Position numbers and translations under genes: made by a program. A stretch of 58,535 nucleotides of DNA, the filler included, from Sphacelaria rigidula (lineage: Eukaryota), in assembly GCA_964200075.2 (NCBI GenBank). It is 4 parts of 4 records of this genome, joined end to end, with 100 filler letters (N's around TTAATTAATTAA, not from the genome) between each part and the next. Parts side by side here need not be neighbours in the genome. Positions count along the whole stretch, not along the records: positions 1 to 14,561 come from CAXNAA020002180.1; 3 more parts are not named here. One strand, 5' to 3'. Below are positions 1 to 11,293 of this stretch, in pieces. Positions within the stretch are counted from its first letter, which is position 1; each line of letters begins with the position of its first letter. The notes beneath the pieces were generated by a model, which saw only the letters and a program-made list of their open reading frames with translations, searched no databases and was not told the origin of the DNA.

Positions 1-1183
1 CAGTTATCCTTGTGGAAACGTTTCTGACACCTCTAGCTTAAAATACCAAAGAACTAAAGGATCGATAGGCCATGCAAGGAAAAAAACAAAATCCGGGATA
101 CTCCAATGTGAAATATTCGAAAAAACAAATGAAACAAAACTGGACGTATCTCCTTTGTCGACGAAGAAGGCGGCGTGAAGCGTGTGTTTGTATGCTACTC
201 CCCAGTCCATACTGTTGGATTAACTCGTGTCCGTAGTGCTGTCCTTTCGACACGCTGACTACCGTTCAGCGAACGGTACTTGTAGTATGCAGAGGTTGCA
301 TCGTGGTTGATTAAACCATTTGCTTCTGCAGCTTGGAATAAAACCAGTGAGACAAATGATTGATTGGGTTCTTCATCTGGCCAAGAAAAACAAAACGCAC
401 AGTCTCTTCTCAAAGCAGAGAACTGATGGTAGTGAAGGAGAGTGATTGTAAAGGGCGATGAGAACCACCGCTTACAAGTATCTCAATCGTGAACAAAAAA
501 CAAAGCACCGCACGTACGTGAGGCTAGAACGCGTCCATGACACCTACGTGTTGGTTTGCCAGCTCACAGACTAGATTCTCACTCAACTTGCGACACTCAC
601 AAACAATGACAGCACACTGTCATATCCTACGAGCTTCCGTGGCAAGTCTGACAAAATATCTCACTTAAGGATCCATATAAAAGGTACTTGTAACCGGGGT
701 TATTACTAGGGTTAGGATATTTTGGAACAGAACCTAATGTGCCGCTAATGTGCTACAGAGGCAAAGCCAACACAGAAACGGACAGCTTGATTACTGGCTG
801 TTTAGGTTTCCAATACACACCTCATCCCTCGAAATCTGGTGTGCACAAGCTACCGTGTATTCTTAATCGTCGATTGTATTTCCCAAAATCACCGGTCAGT
901 TCGATGTTAACACGTGGTTGATGCGGACTGTGCGCAGATTCACAGCACTTCACCGTATAGTCGTTTCAGCATCCTTATATGTGTACAAAATGCACCCTAC
1001 GCAGAATTCCGGAACTTGCCCCGAGCAGTGCCACGATAGGGGTTGCACTTTTTGTTTCTGGGCCTCGTTTTTGCAGGAGCCCAAATATATGGGGCTTCCT
1101 GTGCAACCCACATCTCCGGGGACAGGACATGAAAATGCGCACAGTGGCTTTTCCGTGAATCGGCATCATTTTCAGTGTGACAC

Positions 1184-1390
1184 TGAAAATTGGTACGGAC
1201 AATCAATCGAGCATAAGAAACACTTATGCCGGGTCCCGCAGATTTTGTTTGGTGATATAACAGCATTTTACTGGAGCTTGAAAACTGATTATTGCCCTCA
1301 ACTCATGGAAACAAAAAATGGGACCCGGCATAATTTTGTTTTATGCCCTATTAATTGTCCATACCAATTTTTCAGGGTCCAACTCGAAGT
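1184..1390. repeat. Imperfect inverted repeat belonging to a dispersed DNA-transposon-like family
   Basis: TTATGCCGGGTCCC (~1223) is the reverse complement of GGGACCCGGCATAA (~1320); the right arm (TTATGCCCTA...GTCCATACCAA.TTTCAGGG.CCAACTC) recurs at ~44068-44112 and partly at ~2343-2370. Confidence 0.6.
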
Positions 1391-2069
1391 AAAATATTGC
1401 CAGTTCGCTTTTCAACACCCGGGCCGGTGGAAATTCGGAACAATATTTTGCAGGCCGTTTACCGGCCCACGTTTATTGTCTGTGTATTAAAACTTTGTGC
1501 AGGACCTCGGTAGGTCCTGATAAACCGCAAAAAACGGATCAGGTTGGTTCTGATTTATTTTTTTCGCTTGTTTAGGGCGTTCTAGTGTGGCGACGACCAC
1601 TTTTTTCGAGACCGCCCGAACCTCTCCCAACAAACAAAAATTGAAGGCTCACTTTCATTTTTTCCAGCATACCTCTGTGGTTCCCCAAAATAAGTTTCAA
1701 CTCACAATTCTAAAAATTGAGCTAAACAAATGAGATACGGCCTAGGATCAATGTTCTTTCGCCTCAAAATTTCCCTAAATACACGAGAAAAAAGTGAAGA
1801 AAATAATGAAAAAAAGGGAAAAGCTGGTGAGAAATTTCAGTATGCACTACAAGGTGGGCCAGCCAACAGTGCGTGGTTTTCTCGCTCAGGCGACGCACGG
1901 CGCGATATCAGGAATTGGACGCTGAAATTTTGACACCAAGGTTTCATGACCAAAATGTAGATCACGTGAGCAGCTACGAAAAAACAAAAGTAAGTATGAG
2001 GATCTGAAATTCCAGCTCAAGAGCCGTCGAATTGGGCCGTGGGTGCAACATTTTGCGGGAACGCCCCTG

Positions 2070-2140
2070 CACCCGTATAATTCAAGATAGGGGGAGACTC
2101 CAATTATGAAGGTCATGAGTTCGAATCCCGATCGACTCTC
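2070..2140 (+). mobile_element. Possible degenerate tRNA-derived SINE head or pseudo-tRNA
   Basis: B-box-like GAGTTCGAATCCC at 2117-2129 with a weak A-box upstream; no convincing cloverleaf. Confidence 0.25.
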
Positions 2141-3587
2141 TTTTATTACGTCCATCGTTGAGGTCATATATTGTGCAGTACATTTTATTTATTTATTTTC
2201 ATTCAGCGGCGGTGCCGTGTGTCACCAGGTTGGTCTGCACGTCACGGTGATATGCTTACATCAGGTTCATTCGGGGAACTAGGGAAGCTGTGGTGTGAGT
2301 AACTTTGGGCCGCTTTTAAGCTGGCCTAGCTCGTAGCGGTTCTCCATACCAAATTTCATGGCACAACTCTCAAAAAACTGAGACGCGATATCCAGATTTA
2401 GGGTATCTAGTGCCTCCGCTCGTAATACTTTCACTCAAGTATGGAACATTATGTGCGCCATATCTCGGAATAGACTGCGTACTAGGTGAAGTTGAGGGTA
2501 TCTATCGTCTCCCCGTGCTCCAGGGAAGGTCCCCACCAAAACTCGGCATCATCCGCTGAATGTATGGTTCGGGGTTTCATATAGATTTTAGTTTGAACAC
2601 TATCTCCGCACGGTATAACAATTACTTGACATGGGGTTTAATCAACGAGAAAATACTCGTCCGGACTTTTGAACAGATTTGCACCTTCCCCCTGGTTAGA
2701 CAATTAACGCGATATGCGGATCACGGCCCAACTCGTCTGTGTCAATGAGATATCGCTCTGAGAGCTCAAATCCGTTTGTAGGCTGGCCCAGCTCGTCGCG
2801 ACAAGGAATACGCGGGTTTTTTTGCACACGTCTTGAAACGAAAGGGGTGCGGTCCAAAAAGGGTGCTATCGAAGAACAATAGTGAGATCGAATGCACCGG
2901 ATGCGAATCTGCTCCAATCAAGGTACGGTAGGGTTTTGAGGATAAAACCTCCCTTCCGCACGGCCGATGGAGACAATATTTCTTTCCTGGTGTTGTTGGG
3001 CGAAAGGGTGCCGTGCATATTTCCAGTTGATGTTCCTGAAAAACTCCACGCAAAGAGTTTGTTTTTGGCGTGATTCACCAATTGCGCGTGATCGAAAAAA
3101 TCAGGAATAGCTTGAGGCAGAATACGCGTAGTTATACCTGCTCTCACCGGGTGTACTTCGGATTCGATCAGCACTCTCGCACCGCGTCAACTTTCGCCCC
3201 CAAAAAACGTTTTTGCTCATGTCCTAAGGTTTCCAACGTTGGTATGACGTCGAAGACCTTTGATGCTACATAAAGTCGCTTGCTCAAACTAGGGAGTATG
3301 TTTTTCTCGCCTTGAACATTTTCATATTTCAGGTGTCATGTCCTTGCGATAGCGTGCCATTTCTGTTGGAATGACGTTCACACAAACCGTTGCAGCGAAA
3401 TACGCCTAAAGCATTTCGGTAACGGAAGATTTTTCAATCATGAGCGTTCGATGCTGTGAGCTAGAGAGGCGTCCTCAAAATAATTTCTCCTCGGTTGGCA
3501 AAAAACAATTCCCAGCTATATATTTGTATGAGAATAGATTCCGAAGTACTTTGAGCTTTGACAGCCGAAACTACTGAGTATTCCAGA

Positions 3588-3830
3588 GTGATTGGTTGTC
3601 GCACACTGTCTGATCCCCCAGTAATTCAGCCGTGGTCACCAGATAGACATATCCGAATGATACGGAACGGAGCCAATCGATAGAGAAAAAAAAAGAATGA
3701 AAACACGAAGACGATGCCAACGTAGGGAACTGAGACGAAAACAAAAACAGCACTATCAAAAACGAAGCAAAACCGAAAAAAAAAGGAAAAAGAGAAAATA
3801 GCAAGGGGGAAAAAAAAGGAACAACTCATG
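3588..3830 (-). repeat. Dispersed repeat family C, copy 1
   Basis: Core CTGA(T/C)CCCCCAG..AT(T/C)CAGCCGTGGTC followed by an A-rich tract; also found at ~17700-17945, ~41390-41610 and ~53565-53635. Confidence 0.7.
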
Positions 3831-5367
3831 TGAAAATAGTAAAATGACCTTAGATGACCTGAAGTATCGACTGCCGAATATAGAGAGTATCCCAGAGTAG
3901 CTGGAGTACCAGCGACGAAACTCACTCGTACATGTACTCTTCTATATCCCTGGCATCGTTTAAAGCAGTCGTTTGCTCGCCAACCATCAGGACCGATGCA
4001 ACAAGTGTTAGCTTGAATTCGTCGGAGAAGCACAAGGGACCTACCGAAAGCTGGAGGTACTACGGAGACTTGAAGACGGAGGGGAAATCTCTTTCATCAT
4101 ATATTAGTATGTGCCTCTCCAAAGGACCTTTCTTACTGTGAAGATCGTAGCAACGTGACCTGGAGGAAATGTGGGACCGATCAGCGAAGGAGTACATGAT
4201 ACAACGCAAGAGTTCACCGAAACAATATACTCAATACATTCTTCGACTATCCATCTCCTTGATGCCTGAAAGCTACGAGCTGGGCCAGCCTCAAGTATCA
4301 CACTTCTCTAGCAGACGATAACGCTTACAGCTTCCCGAACCAACCTGATATGCGTTTATTACTGTGAAATGCCGACCAACCCGTTGGTGCGCGCTCTGCC
4401 GCGAGAAAAGAGACAAATTAACACAAAGTAACTCAACGTATGTGACCTCACCGACGACAAACCATTCTGCCAACATATATGTACATGTATCATTGCATCT
4501 TTTTTCCTAGTTGTGCCGAGTTTGCCCTGGCGGCAAGACATTGTTTCCCGCGCTTGTTTATTCAGTACATTAGGAAGGCTCAGCGGCACATCGCCGTTCA
4601 GGTTTGGGTGTCATCTGATACGTGTGACGCGTCTTCTCGCCACCGGAAGTCGGTCAAACTGGCCCTTTTTCGCGGGGTGTCGATTCCAAACCACAAAAGC
4701 CTTTTCGAGATCATGGAAAACTTGAAACAGGAACCCGAACCATAAAAGCCCATTGAAGATCACGGAGAACTTGAAACATCATTACCTTTGGCGGGGTGGT
4801 TTTTCCCCGTGTTTCTCTTTGTAGCGTTCTCGTTCATTTGGCAGCACGAACACACCGGTTATGCCGCCAATGTCACGAGAACATGGGAGCAAACCAGTTG
4901 AAACAATAAAATATTGCCTCAGCCTTAGTCAGCAGCAAACACAAGATCGTGCGATGGGCCGTTGGCGAGTTGAACAAGGCACAGCAGCATGGCAGCACAG
5001 GAATGGTTTGACGCAAAAAACAATTACCCTGTTCCGAAAAAAAGGCCCGGTAATGTGGAAGCCACAGTCATGTACAAAGAACATGCTAAGAGTGTTCCAC
5101 GCATTCCAATCTTTCGGGAGTACCTCGCGCTGTCATGTCCTTGTGGCACGAGAGCTACTTCGCACTCTGGTACCATGGAAATACCACACATGTCCTACGC
5201 CGGCGATTTCGCCGTCGGCCTTCGTCCGAAATTACCATATTTCTGAACGACGTACGATACCACATGCGATGTTGTGTACAGCCACGATCACTACTGTACA
5301 TTGAGATACAACAGCGTCTCTTCACCATACATTTCCGACTTTCTTCACCCCCAGGACGCCAGTACTA

Positions 5368-5438
5368 GTCAATGGTCAAATGACTAAGGCAAGCAACAAA
5401 TGAGTACGCCCCCCCCCCCCCCCCCCCCCCCCCCCCCC
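5368..5438 (+). mobile_element. Extremely 5'-truncated non-LTR retroelement (family A) with a C30 tail and TSD
   Basis: GTCAATGGTCAAATGACTAAGGCAAGCAACAAATGAGTACG plus C30; flanked by CCCCCAGGACGCC(A/G)GTAC at 5348-5365 and 5434-5451. Confidence 0.85.
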
Positions 5439-6169
5439 AGGACGCCGGTACCAACCTCCCGAAGGGGACCTGTGCACATACATATGATCTCAACTCCGCA
5501 ATCTGTCGGGATCGGACTTGCGGTCGTCAGCCCTTGTGGGCGTCTCATACGCCAGTTATACACAGGGATGCTACAGTGTCAGCCAAAAATGAACGACCCA
5601 TTTCGAAGATTTTTGAACAAACGTTTACACGTACATTCTACACTTCAGAGTACGCGAAAATGTGTTGAAATAGCGAAAGACATGCATTTTTGTCATAATA
5701 ATATTTGTTTTGTCAGAATCTTACACCGACTCTACTTTGCTCTTTACGTTCGTCCTCCTCGACTACTGCAATGATTTTCTGCGTCTTGATACAAACCTTG
5801 TGTCCATATTTCAGATCCTAACGCTTGCAAACGGGCCGCGCAGACGTAGTCAAGCGCCTACAAAAGCTTCGGACTGGCTCAGCTCTTAGAGGTGAACGTA
5901 CCATTCAAGGTACGCTTGAGGCGCCTGACGGGGAAAACTCTGGTTCGTGGGAACCACGACGCGTAGAACGATGAACAGAGTATCTGGAGAAAGACAATTT
6001 AATCCTCTATTACCCAAGCTTTTCAAAAATGAAAAATAATCAAACCACGTTGCAGGGGTAGATGTGGAGTATTGCTCTATTGATGTAAAAATGCGGCCAA
6101 AACACCCTCTGTTTCAATTACGGTACACTTTACGCAGCAGTTGATTTCTCGCGACCTTAGACGACCAGA

Positions 6170-7020
6170 CCTTCTCCTTCGGTACAAATGTTTATTAGAT
6201 TAGTGCGGTCCGTTTTCAAATTAAAAAAACAATATTTTAATCCGGGGATAAAGATCGCCTATCCCCTGTTTTTCGGAACAAATTTCGCCATTAAGTCGGT
6301 GTTTGGCGACGCCGTACTCGACGAAAACTAATGTATTTTTTTTTTCCTTTTTCAACCCATCGAAATACGTTTTGATAGTAATCTCCCAAAATTTCGTGCT
6401 CATCGGTTGTGATTAAGGTATTCTATTACGCACGTTGAGTGGTGCCCCCCAATCATTCATTTTTCACCAGAAATCGATAATGACCACGAAAATGGAACAC
6501 CTGGGACATTTCAGGCCTCCTCTTTTGGTACAAATGTGTATGACACTAGTGCAGTCCATTTTGCAAAAAGAAAAAAGCCTGGGATGAAAATGGCCTATCC
6601 CCTAGTTTTCGGAACAAATTTCGCCATTAATTCTGTGTGTGGCAACGCCGTACTCGACGAAAACTTCTTTTTATTTCCTGCTTTATTAACCCATCGAGAA
6701 ACGTTTTGACAGTAATCTCACAAAATCTGGTGTTCATGCCTTACGATTAAGGTACTATGACGCACGTTGAGTGATGCCCTCTAATCACCAGAAATCGACA
6801 ATGCTGCGAAAATGGAACACCTAGAGCCAGGACGTTCCAGATATTTTCCTCCAGCACAAACCTTTGCGCATCGTAATGCATCACAATGCCCCACAATGCA
6901 TCACTTTCTGGCACCAAAGAGGGAAAAGAGGCAATTCGGGGAATAAATTGGCCTATCCCCGGATTTTCGGAACAAAGTTGAGCATTCTTCTCCGTGTTTG
7001 GCAACGCCGAACTCAACGAA
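6170..7020 (+). repeat. Diverged tandem repeat, ~345-bp unit, about 2.5 copies
   Basis: GCCTATCCCC...TTTTCGGAACAAA...TGGC(G/A)ACGCCG.ACTC.ACGAA recurs at ~6256, ~6592 and ~6951. Confidence 0.75.
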
Positions 7021-7407
7021 CACGTTCGCAGAGCTCTAAGCTTTCTGTTTGTTCAGAGCTACCCAACAAAGTGGGACTAGTTTCGACAAAATTGTCGCAA
7101 AAAATTGGTGTTCGATGGATGTGACCGAGTTGCAATGAAACACGTTTGCTGCCCTCCCCCCCTCCCCCCCACAAAATTCTCGCCAAAATCGACAATGACT
7201 ACGAGAACGGCAGACGTGGCTCGCAGACAGCAGTGAGCACGAGACAGAGCAAGCAAGCCAAGCAGCGAAAACTTCGCCTAATCTTTCTCGGCGATGACCT
7301 TCCACGCCCTGGTCCCTTGCGGAGTAACACCTACGGCGAAGATATCCACGAGTGGCGGGTGTAAGGGGCGGGGGGTTGGGAGGGGGTGGGGGGCACGGTA
7401 CAGAGTA

Positions 7408-7706
7408 AACAACGTTTTCGTGAGATTGAGAGTAGAATGCTCATTGAGAGCGGCTTTGATCATTCGCTTTAACTCAGCCAATTTTTCATTCCGTGTGTGC
7501 TTTTCTTTGTCTCTATCACTAGCGTGTGCTTACAGCTACACGTCGAATCCTACTCAGGGATATCAAGGGCCTCAGTGGCGAGCTACTAAATAAAGCATAT
7601 CGGGCCTCACGGAGGTGCATTTCGGAACTGAAACTATTCAGTAACTGATTGACTGCTCTTCAGTCTCGATCGTATCCTCTACTCTCAATCTCACGAAAAC
7701 ATTGTT
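7408..7706. mobile_element. MITE with ~29-bp TIRs and 4-bp TSD (AGTA)
   Basis: AACAACGTTTTCGTGAGATTGAGAGTAGA pairs with TCTACTCTCAATCTCACGAAAACATTGTT; AGTA at 7404-7407 and 7707-7710. Confidence 0.85.
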
Positions 7707-8079
7707 AGTAGTGCGTCGAGTATCGGGTGGTACGCACAGTACTGGCACAATCTCTAAACGCGGTACTTGCAACACCTCTACAGGCAGCATAGGCCAGACC
7801 CTTTATGAAGAGTAAGTGTAATCAACAGAACACGCCGAGACAGCAATGAGTAGGCAAACGCCAAGTGCTTCGTCGGCGAAGAATGCGGCGAAAAGCATAC
7901 CAAATCAAACGCAGCACGACTGAGAGCAGACAAACACCACGCCACAGCAACAGCCCCTGGCTCTAGCTCCAGACACATGCGGTGGATCACATAAACGGAA
8001 CGGCTCTTGACAGACAGTAACGCACCTATCTCATCCGTGTTCCATCTGTGGTCAGTTGCTCACTTTTGCTTGTGCACGT

Positions 8080-8535
8080 AGTCCTCACAGGCCGCATAAA
8101 ACTCCGGAATGTGATCTTCGTCGGCCGCACCACCCTGTCAGCCTTGTAGATACGGTTGCTGCGCTCACCTGGCCGCGGGTGCCTCCGAAGGAATAAGCCG
8201 AGCCATTTTCGACCTTAGCCTACTGTCGGGTCCTATGGCACCGGTCGGTTGTCGCTCCAGAGTGCCATAGCCGCCTGTTTCAGGCCATCTCTATCCAGGC
8301 CCGTGACGAACTGCGGCAAATTTTCAGCATATTATCTTCGATGGAATTTTCTTCCCACCTCGACAGTACAGTACCTGGACCAACCCTGCCAGCAATGCCC
8401 ACGCTACCACTGACATGCTTCTGCAGCGAACCAACGAAGCTTTCAAAAGTCTTTGCAGTAGCATGGAAGGTCATGCCACCGCTGCGTACCGCTTCTACGG
8501 CCTCTGTTGCACGTTCTGGGTTTACTCTCTGCATG
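8080..8535 (-). pseudogene. pogo/Tigger-type transposase N-terminal remnant (psq HTH + CENP-B HTH)
   Basis: AVEAVRSGGMTFHATAKTF...SLQKHVSG...GPGTVLSRWEENSI resembles a psq HTH; downstream GRKWLGLFLRRHP matches the CENP-B HTH motif; stops and frameshifts lie between them; no DDE domain seen. Confidence 0.75.
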
Positions 8536-9114
8536 CTTAGCAACCCATCGACCAAAAAGCCGATTTCGAAAAAAGACACACACGCCCTTATTCACAGTGC
8601 TGTGGGATGGTGGTTTCTCATACAAAAGTCACGTGCAGTAGCTCAAAAGAAGCGTCGTGCTCTTGTGCACACGCAGAAAAAAACAGAATGGAAAAACGGT
8701 TAATATTTCGCGGAGTTATGGACGATTAAAACAAAGAGTACCTTAATTGCTACTGTACCGAAATTGGTACGTCTACTCTACGGATGTTCTGTTTTTCCTG
8801 GAACAAGAACACTCATGCACAAGACGATACCGAAACATTCACCACTCTCATGATTCACCGGTTCGTTGGTTGTTCGGTTGTTCGGCTGGTTGTTCGGTTG
8901 TTCGGTTGGTTTATTCTACGGTAGAAGATCATCATTCACATCCGCTACGAATACAATCGTCGTCACAAGATGGACTGCCGAAGGTAAGGTGCAGGGACAC
9001 TTGCCGAAGAAACTGCACGAAGGGTGAATGTGACAAGAGCACACCCTGGACAATACAATATGTTTCCAATATATATTAGTCGATCATATTGGAAGTTGCG
9101 ATATATTGCTGGTG

Positions 9115-9388
9115 TAATATATATTGGTACCCTTAGACTGCACATGTATTGCGCGCCCAATATATATTCATGTCGTGGGACTGCATACATATTGCCCGCC
9201 CAAAATATATTGGTACTATTGGGATGAACACATATTGTCCCATCAACATATATTGGGGCAGCGTGGGCGACAACATATTGCACAACCAATATATATATAT
9301 TAGGGTCGCATTGATGAGAACATATTGACCGGTCAACATATATTGGGTCTGCGTGGGTGACAATGTATTGGCCGGTCAATATATATTA
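9115..9388 (+). repeat. Phased array 1: CAAYATATATTG-N18/19-RTATTG-N6, 43-bp period, 7 motifs
   Basis: Motif starts at 9115, 9158, 9201, 9244, 9287, 9334, 9377. Confidence 0.85.
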
Positions 9389-9779
9389 GATATTGTAAGT
9401 ATCGTGTACGCTCTAGGAGAGATGCAGACGCGATGGATGCCGGAGCCCGTGAAGATTGGGAAAAGCTTTAAAGGGAGCCGCAGAAGTTCGCGTGCATTAC
9501 TGCGGAAAGTTGTCGAATGCGTTTGATACATATATGTGTGTGTATACCGGTTAGAAAATATGGTGACAGAAGAGGCGACGCGGTATATATATATATATGC
9601 CTCCTGATAACTATCTGGTGAACGGTGCGGGACGCCCATTCCCTTTCCAGCATGTAATATAAACCTCTTGGCTAAACATCACGATGACAGAAAACGCGGG
9701 TCGATATGCGCCTTTTGGTACCCCCGTGGTCACCGGGGCTGTGTTGCTTATACCCTGGACAATATAATATGTTCCAATA

Positions 9780-10110
9780 TGATACCAATACTTTGTATTA
9801 GAGCCAGCGCAAATATTGTCCTTTAAATATATGTTGTGTAGAGATGTCCTCGGAGATATTGAAGCAACAACATATATTGCTCGTGTCATGATCATGAAGT
9901 TGCTCCGAGAATAAAACATCCAATATATATTGTGCATGCCGGCCGTGTATGTATTGAAGTGTCAATATGTATATATTGAGTCGAGGCGATGCGTAGCATA
10001 TTGTTATCATAATATATATATTGAACGCAAACCAAGCAGAAGTATTGTTTTTCCAATATATATTGCGCACGCTGATCGGATAGCTATTGTGCAGCCAATG
10101 AATATTGAAC
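9780..10110 (+). repeat. Phased array 2 (more degenerate), ~43-bp period
   Basis: Motif starts at about 9824, 9867, 9921, 9963, 10010, 10053, 10096, downstream of the internal TIR copy. Confidence 0.7.
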
Positions 10111-10207
10111 ACGCTTGCGGAGGAATACACTGAGCATTTTCGGCATGTAAAATACGTCGTTGAGTGGCGACCGCGAACAAAGAACTGTCCACAATACTAA
10201 TTCCAAT

Positions 10208-10580
10208 GTGTGCTGTGTGTGTTGTTGTGTTGTCGTTTCATTTTTTCTGGGCGCCAGTCTACCCCTGTCGGGATATGTGGGCGCATCAGCCGGGGACACA
10301 CAGGAGGAAGGTCAACACAGGAGCTTTTCCTCTTTTCTTTGTTTTTAAAACCCTCCCTTCCTTCTGCGGTGCTTGCCTTTTTATTTTTTATCGCGAGAGG
10401 GGATCGGCCGTCCCGTTCCCTCGTCGACCGTCAAGTCGAATTTGTGTACCCACGACATAGTCGCTCTCCACTGTTGGGCATGGTGCAAGAAAAAATGCCA
10501 GATCGCTCCGGGAACCGAACCCCACAACTCAACCGTCAGAAGTTCACGAGGTTACCAACTGAGCCACCGGGGCGACCGGC
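10208..10580 (-). mobile_element. tRNA-derived SINE inserted in the TIR element
   Basis: Minus-strand head GCCGGTCGCCCCGGTGGCTCAGTTGG (A box) and GGTTCGGTTCC (B-box-like); CA/CAA-rich tail at ~10208-10232; ATTCCAAT on both flanks (10200-10207 and 10584-10591). Confidence 0.75.
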
Positions 10581-10679
10581 TTCATTCCAATACACTTTCC
10601 AATCTATATGTTGAAAATCAATATATTTTGCTACATCAACATGCATTGTGACCGTCGGTTCCCTCGTGCATTGTCCACC

Positions 10680-11029
10680 CAATATATATTGGCTGCATTG
10701 ACGCACGACATATCGGGGCGGCAATATATATTGGCGCGTCGGGTGTCGACTATATTGAATCGTCAATATATATTGACCTCGGGTGGCAGCAAATATAGTA
10801 CTCGACAAATATATATTGGTGCCTTCTCGCACCAACATATTACTCGGCCAATATATATTGAGGTGGCGCGTGTCGTGATATATTGTTCGGTCGATATATA
10901 TTGCATGTCGCGAGCCTTGATATATTGATGGCACAATATATATTGACCCTCTCTCGTGTCATCATATTGCTCGCCCAATATATATTGACCACCCGACGCC
11001 TCGATATATTGAGCGGGCGATATGTATTA
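10680..11029 (+). repeat. Phased array 3: 9 motifs at 42-43-bp period with mutually different GC-rich spacers
   Basis: Motif starts at 10680, 10722, 10764, 10807, 10849, 10892, 10934, 10976, 11018. Confidence 0.9.
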
Positions 11030-11293
11030 CATATTGTATTGTCCAGGGTGTGAATACTTTCGGTTCGAACCCACGGCCTCGTCTATGTTCAAGTTCGGAC
11101 AGGTTTTTGTGGTGGTATTGTGCTTTGGCATGTTTTCCGCTGCACAGAGACCCCGCTATTGTACTGCGGTAGCGCTTCATTCGCCTTCGATCCCTCCTGC
11201 AATAGTGTACAGGATGTTCCGTTCGCTAGGACTCTCTTGCAAGTGGTGCTGCAGTTGTTACGGTCAGCGTATATGTAGCGTCGTCTGAGTTGA

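Larger units (their letters stand above)
9040..11052. mobile_element. Non-autonomous TIR element (composite or nested) with subterminal motif arrays
   Basis: Perfect 23-bp TIR CACACCCTGGACAATACAATATG (9040-9062 and 11030-11052); a third left-oriented TIR copy at ~9751-9772; no TSD recognised. Confidence 0.8.

Noticed and set aside
10500-10580. Functional tRNA gene
   Set aside because: A and B boxes are present, but there is no acceptor stem or cloverleaf, and it continues into a SINE body and tail
10680-11029. CRISPR array
   Set aside because: The conserved parts are only 12+6 nt and degenerate, some spacers in array 1 resemble each other (9244 versus 9334 units), there are no cas genes, the context is eukaryotic, and the arrays are bounded by TIRs
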